Source of the DNA: Aplysia californica
Taxonomy: Eukaryota
Assembly (NCBI RefSeq): GCF_000002075.1
Contig: NW_004797311.1
Coordinates: 1,581,517 to 1,633,176 of the forward strand
Reading direction: 5' to 3'
DNA: 51,660 bases
The translations under genes were made by a program, and so were the position numbers. Below, one piece after another: positions 1 to 11,871 of the stretch; within the stretch, counting starts at the first letter, position 1; each line of letters starts with the position of its first letter. Under the pieces are notes generated by a model. That model ran no database searches. It had not been told where the DNA came from and saw only the letters and a list, made by a program, of their open reading frames with translations.

Positions 1-35
<35 letters not shown>

Positions 36-242
36 GGGTAGAGAACAGGGGGAAGTGCTAGAAGAAAATATCACAAGCCCTAGTTGACAGGGAAGGAACG
101 AGAGAAAGATAGAGTGGGAAAGTAGGAGGAGGGGGAGAAAGATAGAGTGGGAAAGTAGGAGGAGGGGGAGAAAGATAGAGTGGGAAAGTAGGAGGGGGAG
201 AAAGAAAGACAGAGACAAACAAAGAGAAAAAGAAGGCGAGCG

Positions 243-304
<62 letters not shown>

Positions 305-320
305 GGGGAGATGGAGAGAC
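1..320. repeat. (GA)n microsatellites with a 33-bp purine-rich tandem repeat (x3, ~102-202)
   Basis: (GA)n at 1-32 and 248-300; unit GAGAAAGATAGAGTGGGAAAGTAGGAGGAGGGG repeated three times (third copy slightly shortened). Confidence 0.95.
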
Positions 321-1214
321 AGAAGAACAAAAATAGAGAGAGTGACTGCTCGATTGAAATTATGACATTGTTCTTTGCTTCAAATTGTCTTATATATTGA
401 TTCCTCCAACGTACCCCTCCAACTCCAAAAAGGAGGAAAAACGATCGACAATCGAAAAGACATCCGCAATCTTCATTTAGAATCTACCTAGATCTAGATC
501 TAGATCTCGAAACTTTCCGAAATCACAAAAGATTTCCCCTACCGGGTCACTGTATACTTTGTGACTTTGTTCCCGGTTACCGGGTCTGGAATCCCTCAGA
601 AGAGGCCCTACACTCCCTTTTTTAAAAACACATTTCAATGCTACAGCATTACCTTTTTTAAAATATGTATGACACTGCATTGGCCAACTTATTTTTCCTT
701 ACAAATGAAATTCCTTCTCAAACAAGACACACACACACTTATCATATAATCATTATTAACACTATTAACAGTCTGGTGCACAGCAGAGACAGAGAAAACC
801 AGTGAAAGCTGGTGAAATAATGGGGAGAGAATGAGTTAATAACTTAAAATCAGGATTTAGATTTCTAGATCTCTAGAATAAAGTATTTGAGAGAGAGAGA
901 GAGGGGGGGGGGAGAGAGAGAGGGGGGGGGGGGGGAGAGACAGAGACAGAGAGAGCAGAGATACTGAGTCTTCTATAAATAGACTGCCCCCAGACAGACT
1001 ATTTTAGGGATGACAAAATAAACAAAGTAGGTCAAACATCTGCCGACTCGGCGTCGAGTTTAGCATCGATGACACGTCAACGATATAAGACACTCAAGTT
1101 ATGTCAACAATACATACTGCAAACAACAAACGTTTCTCTGAGCTCTGGAAAATCGCAGGGCCTACACAGTCAATGGCCCGGCTCAGATTGTATCCCTTTG
1201 CCTGCAGTACTTAC

Positions 1215-1459
1215 GCGCAAGATGCACACTGGCCTTTTTCGTGAGCCTCCATCAAATGCCATGCCAAGCTCGAATCTTTGAGTTTTAGTGTTGATCTAAG
1301 TTTCCTCCACCGATCGAAAGAATCTGCCAAATACACACGTCTAGCGTCCCTCCATTTATAGGCTTCCTGGCGTTTGATTATCCTGTCTCTTTCGTTCTTT
1401 GCGGGACGCCCTTTCGACAGTCGTTTGTGCATTATGTCAGTCCGCCGGATGGAAGCCAT
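1215..1459 (-). CDS. First coding exon of a ZNF653-like protein (N-terminal domain); gene continues off the left edge
   Basis: ATG in AAAATGGC context and a GC|GTAAGT donor at 1214. Translation GRPAKNERDRIIKRQEAYKWRDARRVYLADSFDRWRKLRSTLKLKDSSLAWHLMEAHEKGQ matches, from memory, the ZNF653 N-terminus (GRPRLTESDRARRRLESRKKYDVRRVYLGEAHGPWVDLRRRSGWSDAKLAAYLISLERGQ). Confidence 0.7.
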
Positions 1460-1960
1460 TTTGTCAGTGTCTGCCAGTCAGCCAGTCAGCAGTCAGCAGT
1501 GCAGTTTGATTGGTCAGGTTTACCTTTCAAACGCCATGTCGGTGAAAAGGAAGTTTGACTTCGTTCAATGTAGCCTAGGGCCTAACAGAACGCAAGTCAG
1601 ATTTTTAAAAGACGGGCTAATAAAGGCTTGACAGTTTTGAAACATGAACTGTATTTTAAGCATGAGTAGGCCTTGGCCCTAATTTATTGAAGTAAAATTA
1701 GGTAAAACTTTACTCTTTGTTTTTAAAACTACCTTAGGCTACTTCAACTTGGGAAAACTGTTATACATCTAATATCGTATGTATGTTGTACTAGTAAGGA
1801 TTAAAAACAAAACAATAAACATTTAATTGATCTTAGTTTTAAAACATGATTGGGTTCTCTGGAGCATCCATGACCTTTTATAGATCATTCTTCAAATCAA
1901 GAAATCCACCCTGGCAATAAACTAAATGGTGCGCATGTGCAGTACAGAGGAGTGTCACCT
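1460..1960 (-). promoter_or_regulatory. Putative promoter of the ZNF653-like gene
   Basis: Directly upstream of a CpG-rich first exon; CCAAT box (ATTGG at ~1509); NRF1-like TGCGCATGTGCA at ~1930. Confidence 0.35.
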
Positions 1961-2399
1961 GGCGGGTTGGCATGGCATGTTAGCCTGTCAGTGCTGTCTG
2001 TCTGTCTGTCTCGTCTGTGGCACTAAGCTTCCAACGGCAATAGGCCTAGCTCAGCAGTGAACTCTTTGTGTTATGGTCCCTTTTTGTTTTAAGATATGTA
2101 TATATTCAAACACGTTGACTTTTAAGTAAAGAACAATGGCAAACACGTTTAGATCTAGAAATCTAGATTTACTTGAAAATACATACACGATATTATTGTT
2201 CATCAGAAAAAGCGCTTTGCCCTGTGGAAGAAAGTACATGTATCATTCATTGTAGGGTAGGTCTACAAAAAAGAACAAGTAGGCTACATAAAGAGAACAT
2301 TCTCCCATTCATTCCATTGTGTAGTTTAATAAAGACAACCGGAGACCTTTTATTCTTCTTTTTGGTCCCGCCCCCCCCCCCCCCCCCCCCCGTGGTTGA

Positions 2400-3088
2400 C
2401 TTTTTTAGGGGGGGGGGGGCTACACCTGAAGGCTATCTCGCTTATTACAGGACCGAATTTTACCAAATTTCACACATGTAACAAGCATAGTAAGGAGTCT
2501 TTAAATCCGCAGTCAAATTTGAGAAAAAGTTTCGTTTCCATGGATACGGTGGCCATATTGGATTTTGTTGACATGTCTTACGTAATGAATACCGCACTTA
2601 TCGCTTATGGAAATTGAATGGGGGTTTTTGCATGCGTGTTCACAAACATTAGATCTAAAAATTTGTCTTTTGTTTTTTTCCTAAACGAATTAGAACATTT
2701 TTTATAAATTTTTTCCTGAGGTAGCATCCAAGTTTTTTAAAAATCCGTAAAAATCCACACTCCAGACACCACCAACAAAAATCTATTCCATACATCGAAA
2801 ATATCTTCTCTTCATTCGGTGAAAATTTCATGAAGATTGGAAGAAAAATGGTGGAGTTATTCAAAAAAGTATAGAGAAAAGTCGCGTTTCGAGAAAACGG
2901 CCGATAAAGACAAATAAAATACTGACTTTATGAGGAAATGGCGGTGACAAACATGCCTGGTATGGGGGAAAATACGGTTTTTGGGGTTCGTATGTGATGA
3001 AATAGTTGCAGGAGAGGCTGAGGAAGCTATAAATGCCTACAACTCAAATTCCATAATTTTGAGCCGAATTTTGACTTTTGGGGTTACG

Positions 3089-3119
<31 letters not shown>

Positions 3120-3142
3120 TTTGGGCTTTGGGAATGGCCTAA
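2400..3142. mobile_element. Non-autonomous DNA transposon fragment with right terminus ...GGAATGGCC-TAA (Harbinger-like or TA-targeting)
   Basis: Terminus GGAATGGCCTAAAGACA recurs at ~38371 and a related end occurs at ~7205-7270; no coding capacity; left end not identified. Confidence 0.35.
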
Positions 3143-4189
3143 AGACATTGTAACAGTCAGTGGCACNNNNNNNNNNNNNNNNNNNNNNNNNNNNNNNNNN
3201 NNNNNNNNNNNNNNNNNNNNNNNNNNNNNNNNNNNNNNNNNNNNNNNNNNNNNNNNNNNNNNNNNNNNNNNNNNNNNNNNNNNNNNNNNNNNNNNNNNNN
3301 NNNNNNNNNNNNGCCTAGAGCACGGTCGTGCAGTGCCGCCCAAAATTTTTGAATGTTCTATTACGCAAAACACCCACAATAATATTATAAATGAAACCGG
3401 AAACAAACACTAGCCAAATATTATATCTAAACAAAGGTCCTCACTTGCGCCATTACTGTCATTTCTATGTCTATAGCGCCGTAAAACATCTACTATATGC
3501 CAAAGTCCACACGCTTTAGCTAAACAGAAAAAGGATATTCAACAGTGTAACCTGACCTATAAATCGCTCTTGGGGATAACCCAAGCGATGTCGACACTCG
3601 TAGCGAGTTTGGCGGTACAATAATATTAATAAGCCGGCACATGTCAAATGTTCTCCTGCCGAATAGTGCTGAAACATAACCCACTGTAGGTAGTCTAAAA
3701 ATAAACACGATAGACCCTACGCTCTTCTTTACTAGTATTATGGGAGCCCCGGAGCAACCCAGGGGAGTGCTCAAGTGAATTGTGATTGGTTCACTGTTTG
3801 TCTTGCCACTATTTTAAGTGACTCTGTAGCCGTGAACCTGAGGGAGGTGAACGTGACCGTCCTATGAGTTGTGCCTTTGAATGGTTTTGTAGTGGAGTAG
3901 TAAAAGTTATTACATGTACATGTACTTGAGTGTTCAGTTCCAATACAAGATGAACAAAATTGATGTTTAGGTAACAAACAAATTTAGTACTAGAAATAAA
4001 AGCGACAAGTAAAAAGAATGAAAATAAAACCACGAGGCCCTCCCTCACCAACCCAAAGATCCTAAACTTATACACCGTCTCATTTACTATGCCCTTGACT
4101 ATCTTCAGCATACCATAGCTTAATTATTATTGAGCACGCCCACTTTTTAGCCCCACGAGCCTCCCCTGAGATATATATATATATATATA

Positions 4190-5168
4190 TAGTAATCTCC
4201 GCCTAAGATCCCGGTGCTCGGGAGAAAGGAAAATGCGGGATCTTAGGCGAACCGGGATCTTAGCCGAATGGCCAGGGGGAAGAATCCACAGTAACTCATG
4301 GTCAAGCACAAAATCTGTACAATGACCTCTCCTTACTTTAAAATGAACTGACGTGACTCATGGGTACTAAAAGTTCTTTTCAGATGTCAGTTTTTCCTTC
4401 TTTTTTGTTTTGTTTGTTTGATACTGTGTCAGAAGGGAACCAGTTTACTTCAAGCAATGCGCCACATCAAAAATGTATTGCCTTCCATCTCTAATGGAGT
4501 TCCCCGCCCATGGCATGATGCATCATGCATAACTCGTTGTGCTTTGACCAAACCGACCAGATTAAAAAAGAAAAGAAAGGCATGTTCACTGCCAACAGAT
4601 GACCACATTACGCAGAGGCGATCGGACAGTCCACGATTATGGGCGCAAGTCTGTCTATGAAGTTAAAACACAAAACTGGTTTAGACGAGAGCGATGGTCG
4701 GGAAAACGTAAACGTCTACGAGTTCATAGTTTGATGGAATGCGGTCTGATCTAGGGTCTGATGCTTGCTTGTAGGCCCTCCCCACTTAGTGTGTGATGTA
4801 AGATCAGGCTGGCGGCTCTGGTGATCGGGGAGAGCACGGCATCGATGAGTTCACGCTTGGTGCGATCCCGTCTGGGGCAAACATTGTAACCGCTTATCGA
4901 GATTTACAACAGAGGTGTGATCGCATTCATGAGAGTGAATGATTCGTGACGCGACGGACCATATTATAATGATCGCACATCTTTGCTACTTGGTTGATTC
5001 TTAAATAAAGAAAAAATTAACTAAATTATGACCTGAAAAGCGGGATCTTAGCTCCTGCCGTGTGTGATCTTAGTGGTGACTTTTATATAAAAATTCTATT
5101 TTTCCAAAACAGCGGGTTCTTTGGCGAACCGGAACCATAAGCGGTGGGATCTTATGTGGAGACTACTG
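4190..5168 (+). mobile_element. MITE family A, copy 1 (Tc1/mariner-type, TA target)
   Basis: TIR (C)AGTA(A/G)TCTCCGCCTAAGATCC ... GGATCTTATGTGGAGACTACTG; inserted in a (TA)n tract; internal GGGATCTTAG repeats; homologous to the copies at 11872, 17205 and 26276. Confidence 0.85.
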
Positions 5169-5755
5169 TATATATATACATANNNNNNNNNNNNNNNNNN
5201 NNNNNNNNNNNNNNNNNNNNNNNNNNNNNNNNNNNNNNNNNNNNNNNNNNNNNNNNNNNNNNNNNNNNNNNNNNNNNNNNNNNNNNNNNNNNNNNNNNNN
5301 NNNNNNNNNNNNNNNNNNNNNNNNNNNNNNNNNNNNNNNNNNNNNNNNNNNNNNNNNNNNNNNNNNNNNNNNNNNNNNNNNNNNNNNNNNNNNNNNNNNN
5401 NNNNNNNNNNNNNNNNNNNNNNNNNNNNNNNNNNNNNNNNNNNNNNNNNNNNNNNNNNNNNNNNNNNNNNNNNNNNNNNNNNNNNNNNNNNNNNNNNNNN
5501 NNNTCACTTTCCGACCTCGTAAAAAAAAAAAACTCTTGCTCATTTATTATAAGTTACCTGCGGCCCACAAAACTGCGATGGCACTTCTGCAGGCCATGCA
5601 CCGACCAAACAAATAGGCCTATATTTTTTTTTAAAATCCTGATCAAGTAGAAATGACTTAACACTCAGTGTAAGTTATTTGTAGGCATTGATTTCATCCC
5701 TGGGTTGTCTAGACGTCTCCACGTGCTCCATGTTAGTCTCGAAAATATACATGTA

Positions 5756-7056
5756 CTCTTCAAAAAAAGAAACCTGACACTAACTTTTTAAAACTGAATT
5801 TTTTAATAAAGCGAACATAATAAAAAGAACAAAACAAGACAATGTTCAGGCAGATGATAACTATATGTACACACACGTTTAAAATGTTAGGCCCTGGTGA
5901 ACAAACCGAATGTCCTGTACAAGCTTGTAAACAGAATGGGGTACATGAAAAGTCAATACCTGGTAGCAACATTTGCGTTGATCACTATTCGGCATCGGGA
6001 ACCCATGGATGCAATCAAGTTTGCAATAACATGTTGCGGGATGGTCAACCACTCGCATGCTGGAGTGCCACAATATGGAGCTCCGGACGTTTGAGGTGGC
6101 AGATTCGGAGATTCCTCTGCCACACTTGTCAATCCAACTGTCCCGTAAGTGTTCGATTGGAGACAATCAGAATGTTGTTGGCACGCAGGAAGTCCTCACA
6201 TGTCCGTGCAACATGAGGACGAGCGTTGTCCAGCTGCAAAATGCCGCCATTAGCGTTCAGGTGTGGAACAACATGAGGCTGCAGGATCTCATCTCTATAC
6301 CTGTTAACTGTCACTCTGTGCTGGCACCACTGGAGACGTTCTGCCACGTGGTGTTCGGTCAACACGTTACGGCGAACTGGTCTTCGAGTAAAGAGTCATG
6401 TCTCCCTGAGACGATTCACATTCGGACTGTCTGCTCAGAAATTCTTCCATGTCAATGGATTTGAGCAGCTGTAGACGTTGCTGTTGTGGTTCGATCTCGA
6501 CGGTGGCGCACACGGATATATACGATCCTGGGTGGCAGTAGTGACCCTGGGTTGACCCGACCTTGGCCTATAATTATAACTTTGAGTGTTGTTGTATCGT
6601 ATCCATAACGTAACAAAGGTCTGTCTTGGCATGCCAAAGTGGATTGCCACGGCTTGCTGAGTCACCCCTACTTCCAATTGTTCGATTGCCTTATTGCGTT
6701 CAGCATCAGTCAACCTTGCATTTTTCAGTTGTCTACGGTTGTGTTGCATGGACTGTGTGAACTGTGCGTTGTTGCGGCCATTTGTACGGCAGTGAGAGAG
6801 GTTACAGAATACATGTACCGAATAGCTGTCCACTACTGAGCATGAGAAAGTGGTCAAGGCCGCCATTATTATGGATTTAGTAAAAACTCGCCTATACGGA
6901 CGTTTTGATGTGCACTGCACGTGATTATTGGTGTTTTGGCGACAATACTTGATCCCCTACAAAACTCTGTCCCTAATATTTACAGATCTTTTTTTTTGTG
7001 TTTCCTAATACCGTATTCAAAATGTACCAAGTGTCAAGTTTCTTTTTTTAGAAGAG
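5756..7056 (-). mobile_element. Degenerate, internally deleted Tc1-like transposon (transposase pseudogene)
   Basis: TIR CTCTTCAAAAAAGAAACCTGACACT vs AGTGTCAAGTTTCTTTTTTTAGAAGAG, TA on both sides. Frameshifted pieces: HTH RLTDAERNKAI..VAIHFG..RPRSGQPRVTT, then LTEHHVAERLQW, YRDEILQPHVVP..LQLDNARPH and SPIEHL. Confidence 0.92.
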
Positions 7057-7700
7057 TATAATACTCACTCCGTCTTTTGAATCGTGTTTCTTATAATCTT
7101 AGGCGAACCTTGAAGTATGGGGTTAAGGAAAATAATATTTAAACTTATTATCAAAACTTTTTTGTGTGCTTTAGATGCTATAAATCCCCGATTATTTTTT
7201 TTACCCCCTTTGGGCTTTCACCAAAGAAAACGTGTCGGAACCTTAGTTTACAGTGACCTTTAGGAATGGGCTTTTAGATTCTGTGGGTCATCCAATTTTT
7301 AGACCCGCATGCAAATATCTGTAAAGATTAAACTAATTGATTTCATTTTTATCTTATTTCAAACGCGGTCAGACGAAAGTGAATCGAGCTGTGATAATGG
7401 TACAAATAGAATCTAGTACAATGTAATCCACACTGCGAAGCGAGATTGGGCGAGGCGAGGCGAAAACATCGGTGGTCACAATGGGATCGAGGCTAAGCGG
7501 ACGATAAGAGCAGGAATACATGTTTTATTATTCATCGTATGCCTGCTTATAGTCTTTTTGCGTTTTGATAGACTTTAAACGGCATTCAAGAAATACTTGA
7601 GGCCTTGCTTTGTCTGGACGGAAGACAAACAAGAATTAAAATAGAATACCCAGTTATCATACTTCCGTCCTTTCAGATCTTTTAATTCTCCCCCTCTTTT

Positions 7701-7936
7701 ATTGTTGATGTTGTTCTTAATGTTGTTGTTTTTACGCCCCGACCGATATAATTTAGATGATTTAAGAGGCGGCCTTCGGACCCTGCATGTCGGGGCCAAC
7801 CCACGTTGAGAGAGATACAACATTCTAGCAGAAAGACCGAGATACTCGATAAAAATATTCTCCCCACTTGGGAATCAATCTTGGGTCTCGTGCCTGCAAC
7901 AGCGAAGTCCTTTAACGACGCTACGCCACAGGCGCC
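7701..7936 (-). mobile_element. tRNA-derived SINE
   Basis: Head GGCGCCTGTGGCGTAGCG (A box) and GATTGATTCCC (degenerate B box); tail GGCGTAAAAACAACAAC; second copy at ~21015-21205. Confidence 0.7.
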
Positions 7937-9208
7937 TGTCGACTTCTTAGATGACATTTGTATATAATATGTTTGTTTCAAATTCTGCCGGGTTGTCTGC
8001 CTACGTCCTACTCTTTTCGATGTTCAGCTGTCGACTGATCGTATATAAAAGGCAAAAGGCCTTATTATGCACAATGTGCACAAGAGACCCAGAAGACGTT
8101 TCGTTCCTATTCGAGAAGATGATGTGCTCGCCCTTAGCGAACCANNNNNNNNNNNNNNNNNNNNNNNNNNNNNNNNNNNNNNNNNNNNNNNNNNNNNNNN
8201 NNNNNNNNNNNNNNNNNNNNNNNNNNNNNNNNNNNNNNNNNNNNNNNNNNNNNNNNNNNNNNNNNNNNNNNNNNNNNNNNNNNNNNNNNNNNNNNNNNNN
8301 NNNNNNNNNNNNNNNNNNNNNNNNNNNNNNNNNNNNNNNNNNNNNNNNNNNNNTATTGTACGTGCAAACATGAGTAAATTTCAGGCGATGCCACCGAAAA
8401 TAAATTCATGTAGCCTTATAAGCCCTAATCGGACCGCTTCCCCCCCCCCCCTCCCCCATGATTAGCCGCGAATCGCACCGCTCTGTCTTGGGGCGGAGTG
8501 CGGCCAGTAACCTCTTTACGTTTGTTTTAGTTTTAATTTAAATCGGTTCGCCCGCGCCGCTTTGCCTCGCCTGCATCGTGGCCTTTTCTTCAGAAATGTA
8601 TTCAATTTGAGACGAGGTGAGTACTTTTTGAGACTCGCGTGGAGACTCTAAACACTCGTGGGATAAAATCTAAGCACTGAAGAAATGTGGGGGCTAGGTG
8701 ATGTCGCTATTTCAAAATGAGCAATTCGTAGGCAAAGTTGCCGTAAGTCATTTATTTCAGTGATCCTGTGTATTCACATAAAGAGCGGATCGTTAATGTA
8801 GTGTCCGTACAGAGAAACTTTTTACTACTGGATCAATTTTTTTATTTAATTGCTTGGTCGCTGGCCTGGAGAAGTGCCATGCAAGGTATCGTGTGCATAC
8901 AGTACAGGTAATTAATATAAATGAGCTAGAATTCTTTCAACGCGGACAAACGAAAGCGAACAAGCTACCCATACATGTATTGCTTTACTTTATTATAGTT
9001 TACTCACTAAGCTTGTGAATTTCACACTTGAGAATTCCTTGATTTTGAATGTGAAACTGCACCCGCTTACACGGAAGAAAGACACCAGAAGTGCTGGTAC
9101 AATTTGCAATTGTTGATGTTTTACGATAAAATCTAATTAATCATCTATAGAAAAGGCAGACTGTTTCAATTCTACCTGTCTAGGCCTATCCGGGCGGATA
9201 GATACAGC

Positions 9209-9378
9209 TGTCCCCGTGCAAGAAAAATTCTGAAATTATGCAAACTGAGCTCAAAAATGTGAAATTATGCGATTCTGTTAATTTTAACAAAGAATGATAA
9301 AGGAAAATAATCACAAATCATGTAAAAAAATGATCAAATTTTGCTAAATTATGCGGGGTGCATAAAACCACGGGGACA
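9209..9378. mobile_element. 170-bp MITE with 8-bp TSD (hAT/Merlin/P-type)
   Basis: TIR TGTCCCCGTG / CACGGGGACA; perfect TSD GATACAGC at 9201-9208 and 9379-9386; internal AAATTATGC x3. Confidence 0.85.
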
Positions 9379-10059
9379 GATACAGCCCTACAAAACGTCC
9401 CAGCATACAGACGGAGAGGCCCACCTCCCTTTTTTTCACCCCCCCCCCCCCCCCCACACCCACCCAAAAAACAACCAGCAAACAAACCAAAACCCCAAAC
9501 AAACAAAAAAACAAACAAACAACCCAAAAATTAAAAACCTAACAACAACAAAGAAACAACCCCCCCCCCCCCCCGGAAATCGAACATATACATGCGTAAA
9601 ATCCCTGTTGTTGTTATTAATTTTTTGGGGGGCAAAACTGTGCTAAATCAATCAAACTTAAAAGTTAAAAGTAGTGTTTTCGCGCATGTATTGAGGTGTT
9701 TTAAAATCGGTGGAATTGAATAGTATTTCATATCAAATAAATTGAGAGTTGTGTATTGGCATTAGGATAAAAAGTATTTTATTACGATGGTTTCAAACAG
9801 AGTGAAAAACAGAGCAGTCACTAGTGCCACAGAAAATTTGGATCTAAGGTGTTTAGGAGTTGTTAGTTTTGTGTAGAGTACAAACCTTTTTGGGCATGGA
9901 CTATGTTAAATTTTGGACATAAAAGCTACCGTGTAGTGTATCATTTCATCCCAAATGTCGCGCAAAGTTGCAAACAGGGCGTTTGAATTGGGAGCAAAGC
10001 GGTGTTTCTTAGCTTTTGTTTCATGGGGCTTAACATTACATGTATACATATATATATGT

Positions 10060-10290
10060 ATTCTTTGGGATCTTATCGGGGCTATTCATTTACTGGTGAC
10101 CACTCTAAAGTTGGTATGATTTGGTTTTCCCAAAATTGTCGTTGCCCTGCGAGAAGGTGCTTTGTCAAGCATTATAATGTCCCCTTTAATTAATGACACC
10201 ATGACGAAATAGGGCCTGTCATGACGTTCCAGTACTTGTGCGATGTAGCCCGTTAAATTAAACGGAGCCATCCGTTGATTTTCACTACTG
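10060..10290 (-). pseudogene. Old Tc1-type DDE transposase remnant
   Basis: NLTGYIAQVLERHDRPYF...IIMLDKAPSRRA resembles the Tc1 Y...L..P....DNAP.H motif; NSPD-like motif near 10075. Confidence 0.5.
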
Positions 10291-11871
10291 GGGGGGGGGG
10301 GGGGGGGGGTTCATTCTAGCCAGGCTACCACAAACCATGGCAGTTTTATGGCCTCTGTTCTCCAATGACAGGTGATTATATAGGCTACTAAATCTATCTA
10401 ACATTGTCCATGCTCTGCACGAAACCAGTGGCTCCTATACAAAGTGCCAATGACCACATTTGTTAATGTGATGTTAAGTGCAGTTTTTGCGTGGCATTTG
10501 AGACTGCTCTGTTCTCCAATCTGTTTGAAAATATCGTAATAAGATACTTTTCATTGCAGAGACGATAATATTCTCAATTCATTTGCCCAATGCAAATGCA
10601 CCTGAATACAAGCGCAAAACAAACACACTTTTCAGTTTATTTGGTTTCACGCAATTTTGCCAAGTTGGATTTTTGAAGGTTAATTTTGAGCGACAGTATC
10701 TCGGGTGGCTCTTATCGTAAGACATCTTTTAATGTGTCAGATGATGCAGAATTCATACAGCTTGCAATTGGTATGTTGCACGACGAGTGGGTAATACTAG
10801 TACAAGGCTTTAACACGACGAATGGGTCAATACATTTTCAAGTTGTTTTTTTTCGGACGCCACTGTAGCCTACACAGCATGGTCGAGAGTTTCTGTGAAA
10901 ATATAATTTCACGTCCTCCTAAGGTTTCTTTAATAAAAAAAAAAAAAAAGAGAACGTTCCACTGTGAAATTGACTTTTGCATTCCTTTTCCCCTGAAGTA
11001 TCAACATCTTTTCTGTATTTGGAAGGCTCTTCTCATTAAAAGCAATAGATGCGAGTTGGCAGTTGACAATGAAAGTTGACAGTAGTGTCAGGTATCTCTG
11101 TCTTTCTTCTGGAATTCCAGGAATACTGAACTCCAGACAGGTTGGGTTGGCCCTGACAGTGACTAAGCAGCCTTACCCCCGTAATGAATGATATAAACTG
11201 TGTCAATGGAGGCCTACACTATAATAGCTGATCAATGCTCCCACTGTCCGAAGCAATCCATGGCCGTCTCACATCAAAGTACAAAGAATATAATACATAT
11301 ATTTCAAAAAATTTTTGATATTTTTTACACCTCTATGTATATCGACACAATTTAGACCATTTATTAAGAATACCGGCTGCTTCAACTCTGTCAGGGACAA
11401 CCCTGGCAGAGATTTACTGAGAAGGATACTACGTCTCAGCAGACAGTGACAGACAAAACACCTGATAAAGAACCTCCCCACACGGGAATAAAAGTCACAT
11501 CTTCTGCATGAATGATAAAATACCTTACTGCTATATATTACAGATGCCGTTGAAGTATAAAGAGTAGCTACCATGAAATACTGCGAAAAGTATAGATAGA
11601 AGGTAACATTCGTACAACAAAACTCATCTGGTTCAAATTTGCTGTAATTTGAATAGCATGCGTCTTGTAGTAAAGTAATCCCCCCCCCCCAACCCTTAAA
11701 GTATGCTTTTCTTTTACAAAGCTTTGATTGCATTAATTAATTTGAGTCATGTCACCTAAACTGTTGTTGTGACGTGAATACAGTTGCACTTGGATTAAGT
11801 CAATTTTGTCAACAAAATATGATCAGCAGAGCTACCATTTCTTTCACAAAATCTGTCCCATGAATTAAATA

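Noticed and set aside
58-330. 90-aa ORF (LSLSLS...)
   Set aside because: Translation of the GA microsatellite and 33-bp tandem repeat.
4840-4915. Minus-strand ISISGYNVCPRRDR inside MITE A, resembling a LINE endonuclease motif
   Set aside because: Preceded by an in-frame stop and too short to distinguish from chance.
3044-5650. ORFs spanning N runs (also at ~8000-8460, 14878-15342 and 21793-22225)
   Set aside because: Artefacts of assembly gaps at 3167-3312, 5183-5503, 8145-8353, 14892-15110 and 21994-22154.
7860-7936. tRNA-like sequence (a similar one at ~13350-13420)
   Set aside because: Degenerate A/B boxes and no intact cloverleaf; the 7860 copy is attached to a repeated body and tail, so it is a SINE head rather than a tRNA gene.
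8594-8616. 23-nt AG/GT-bounded microexon-like segment on the + strand
   Set aside because: No partner exons or ORF, and it lies in repeat-like sequence.
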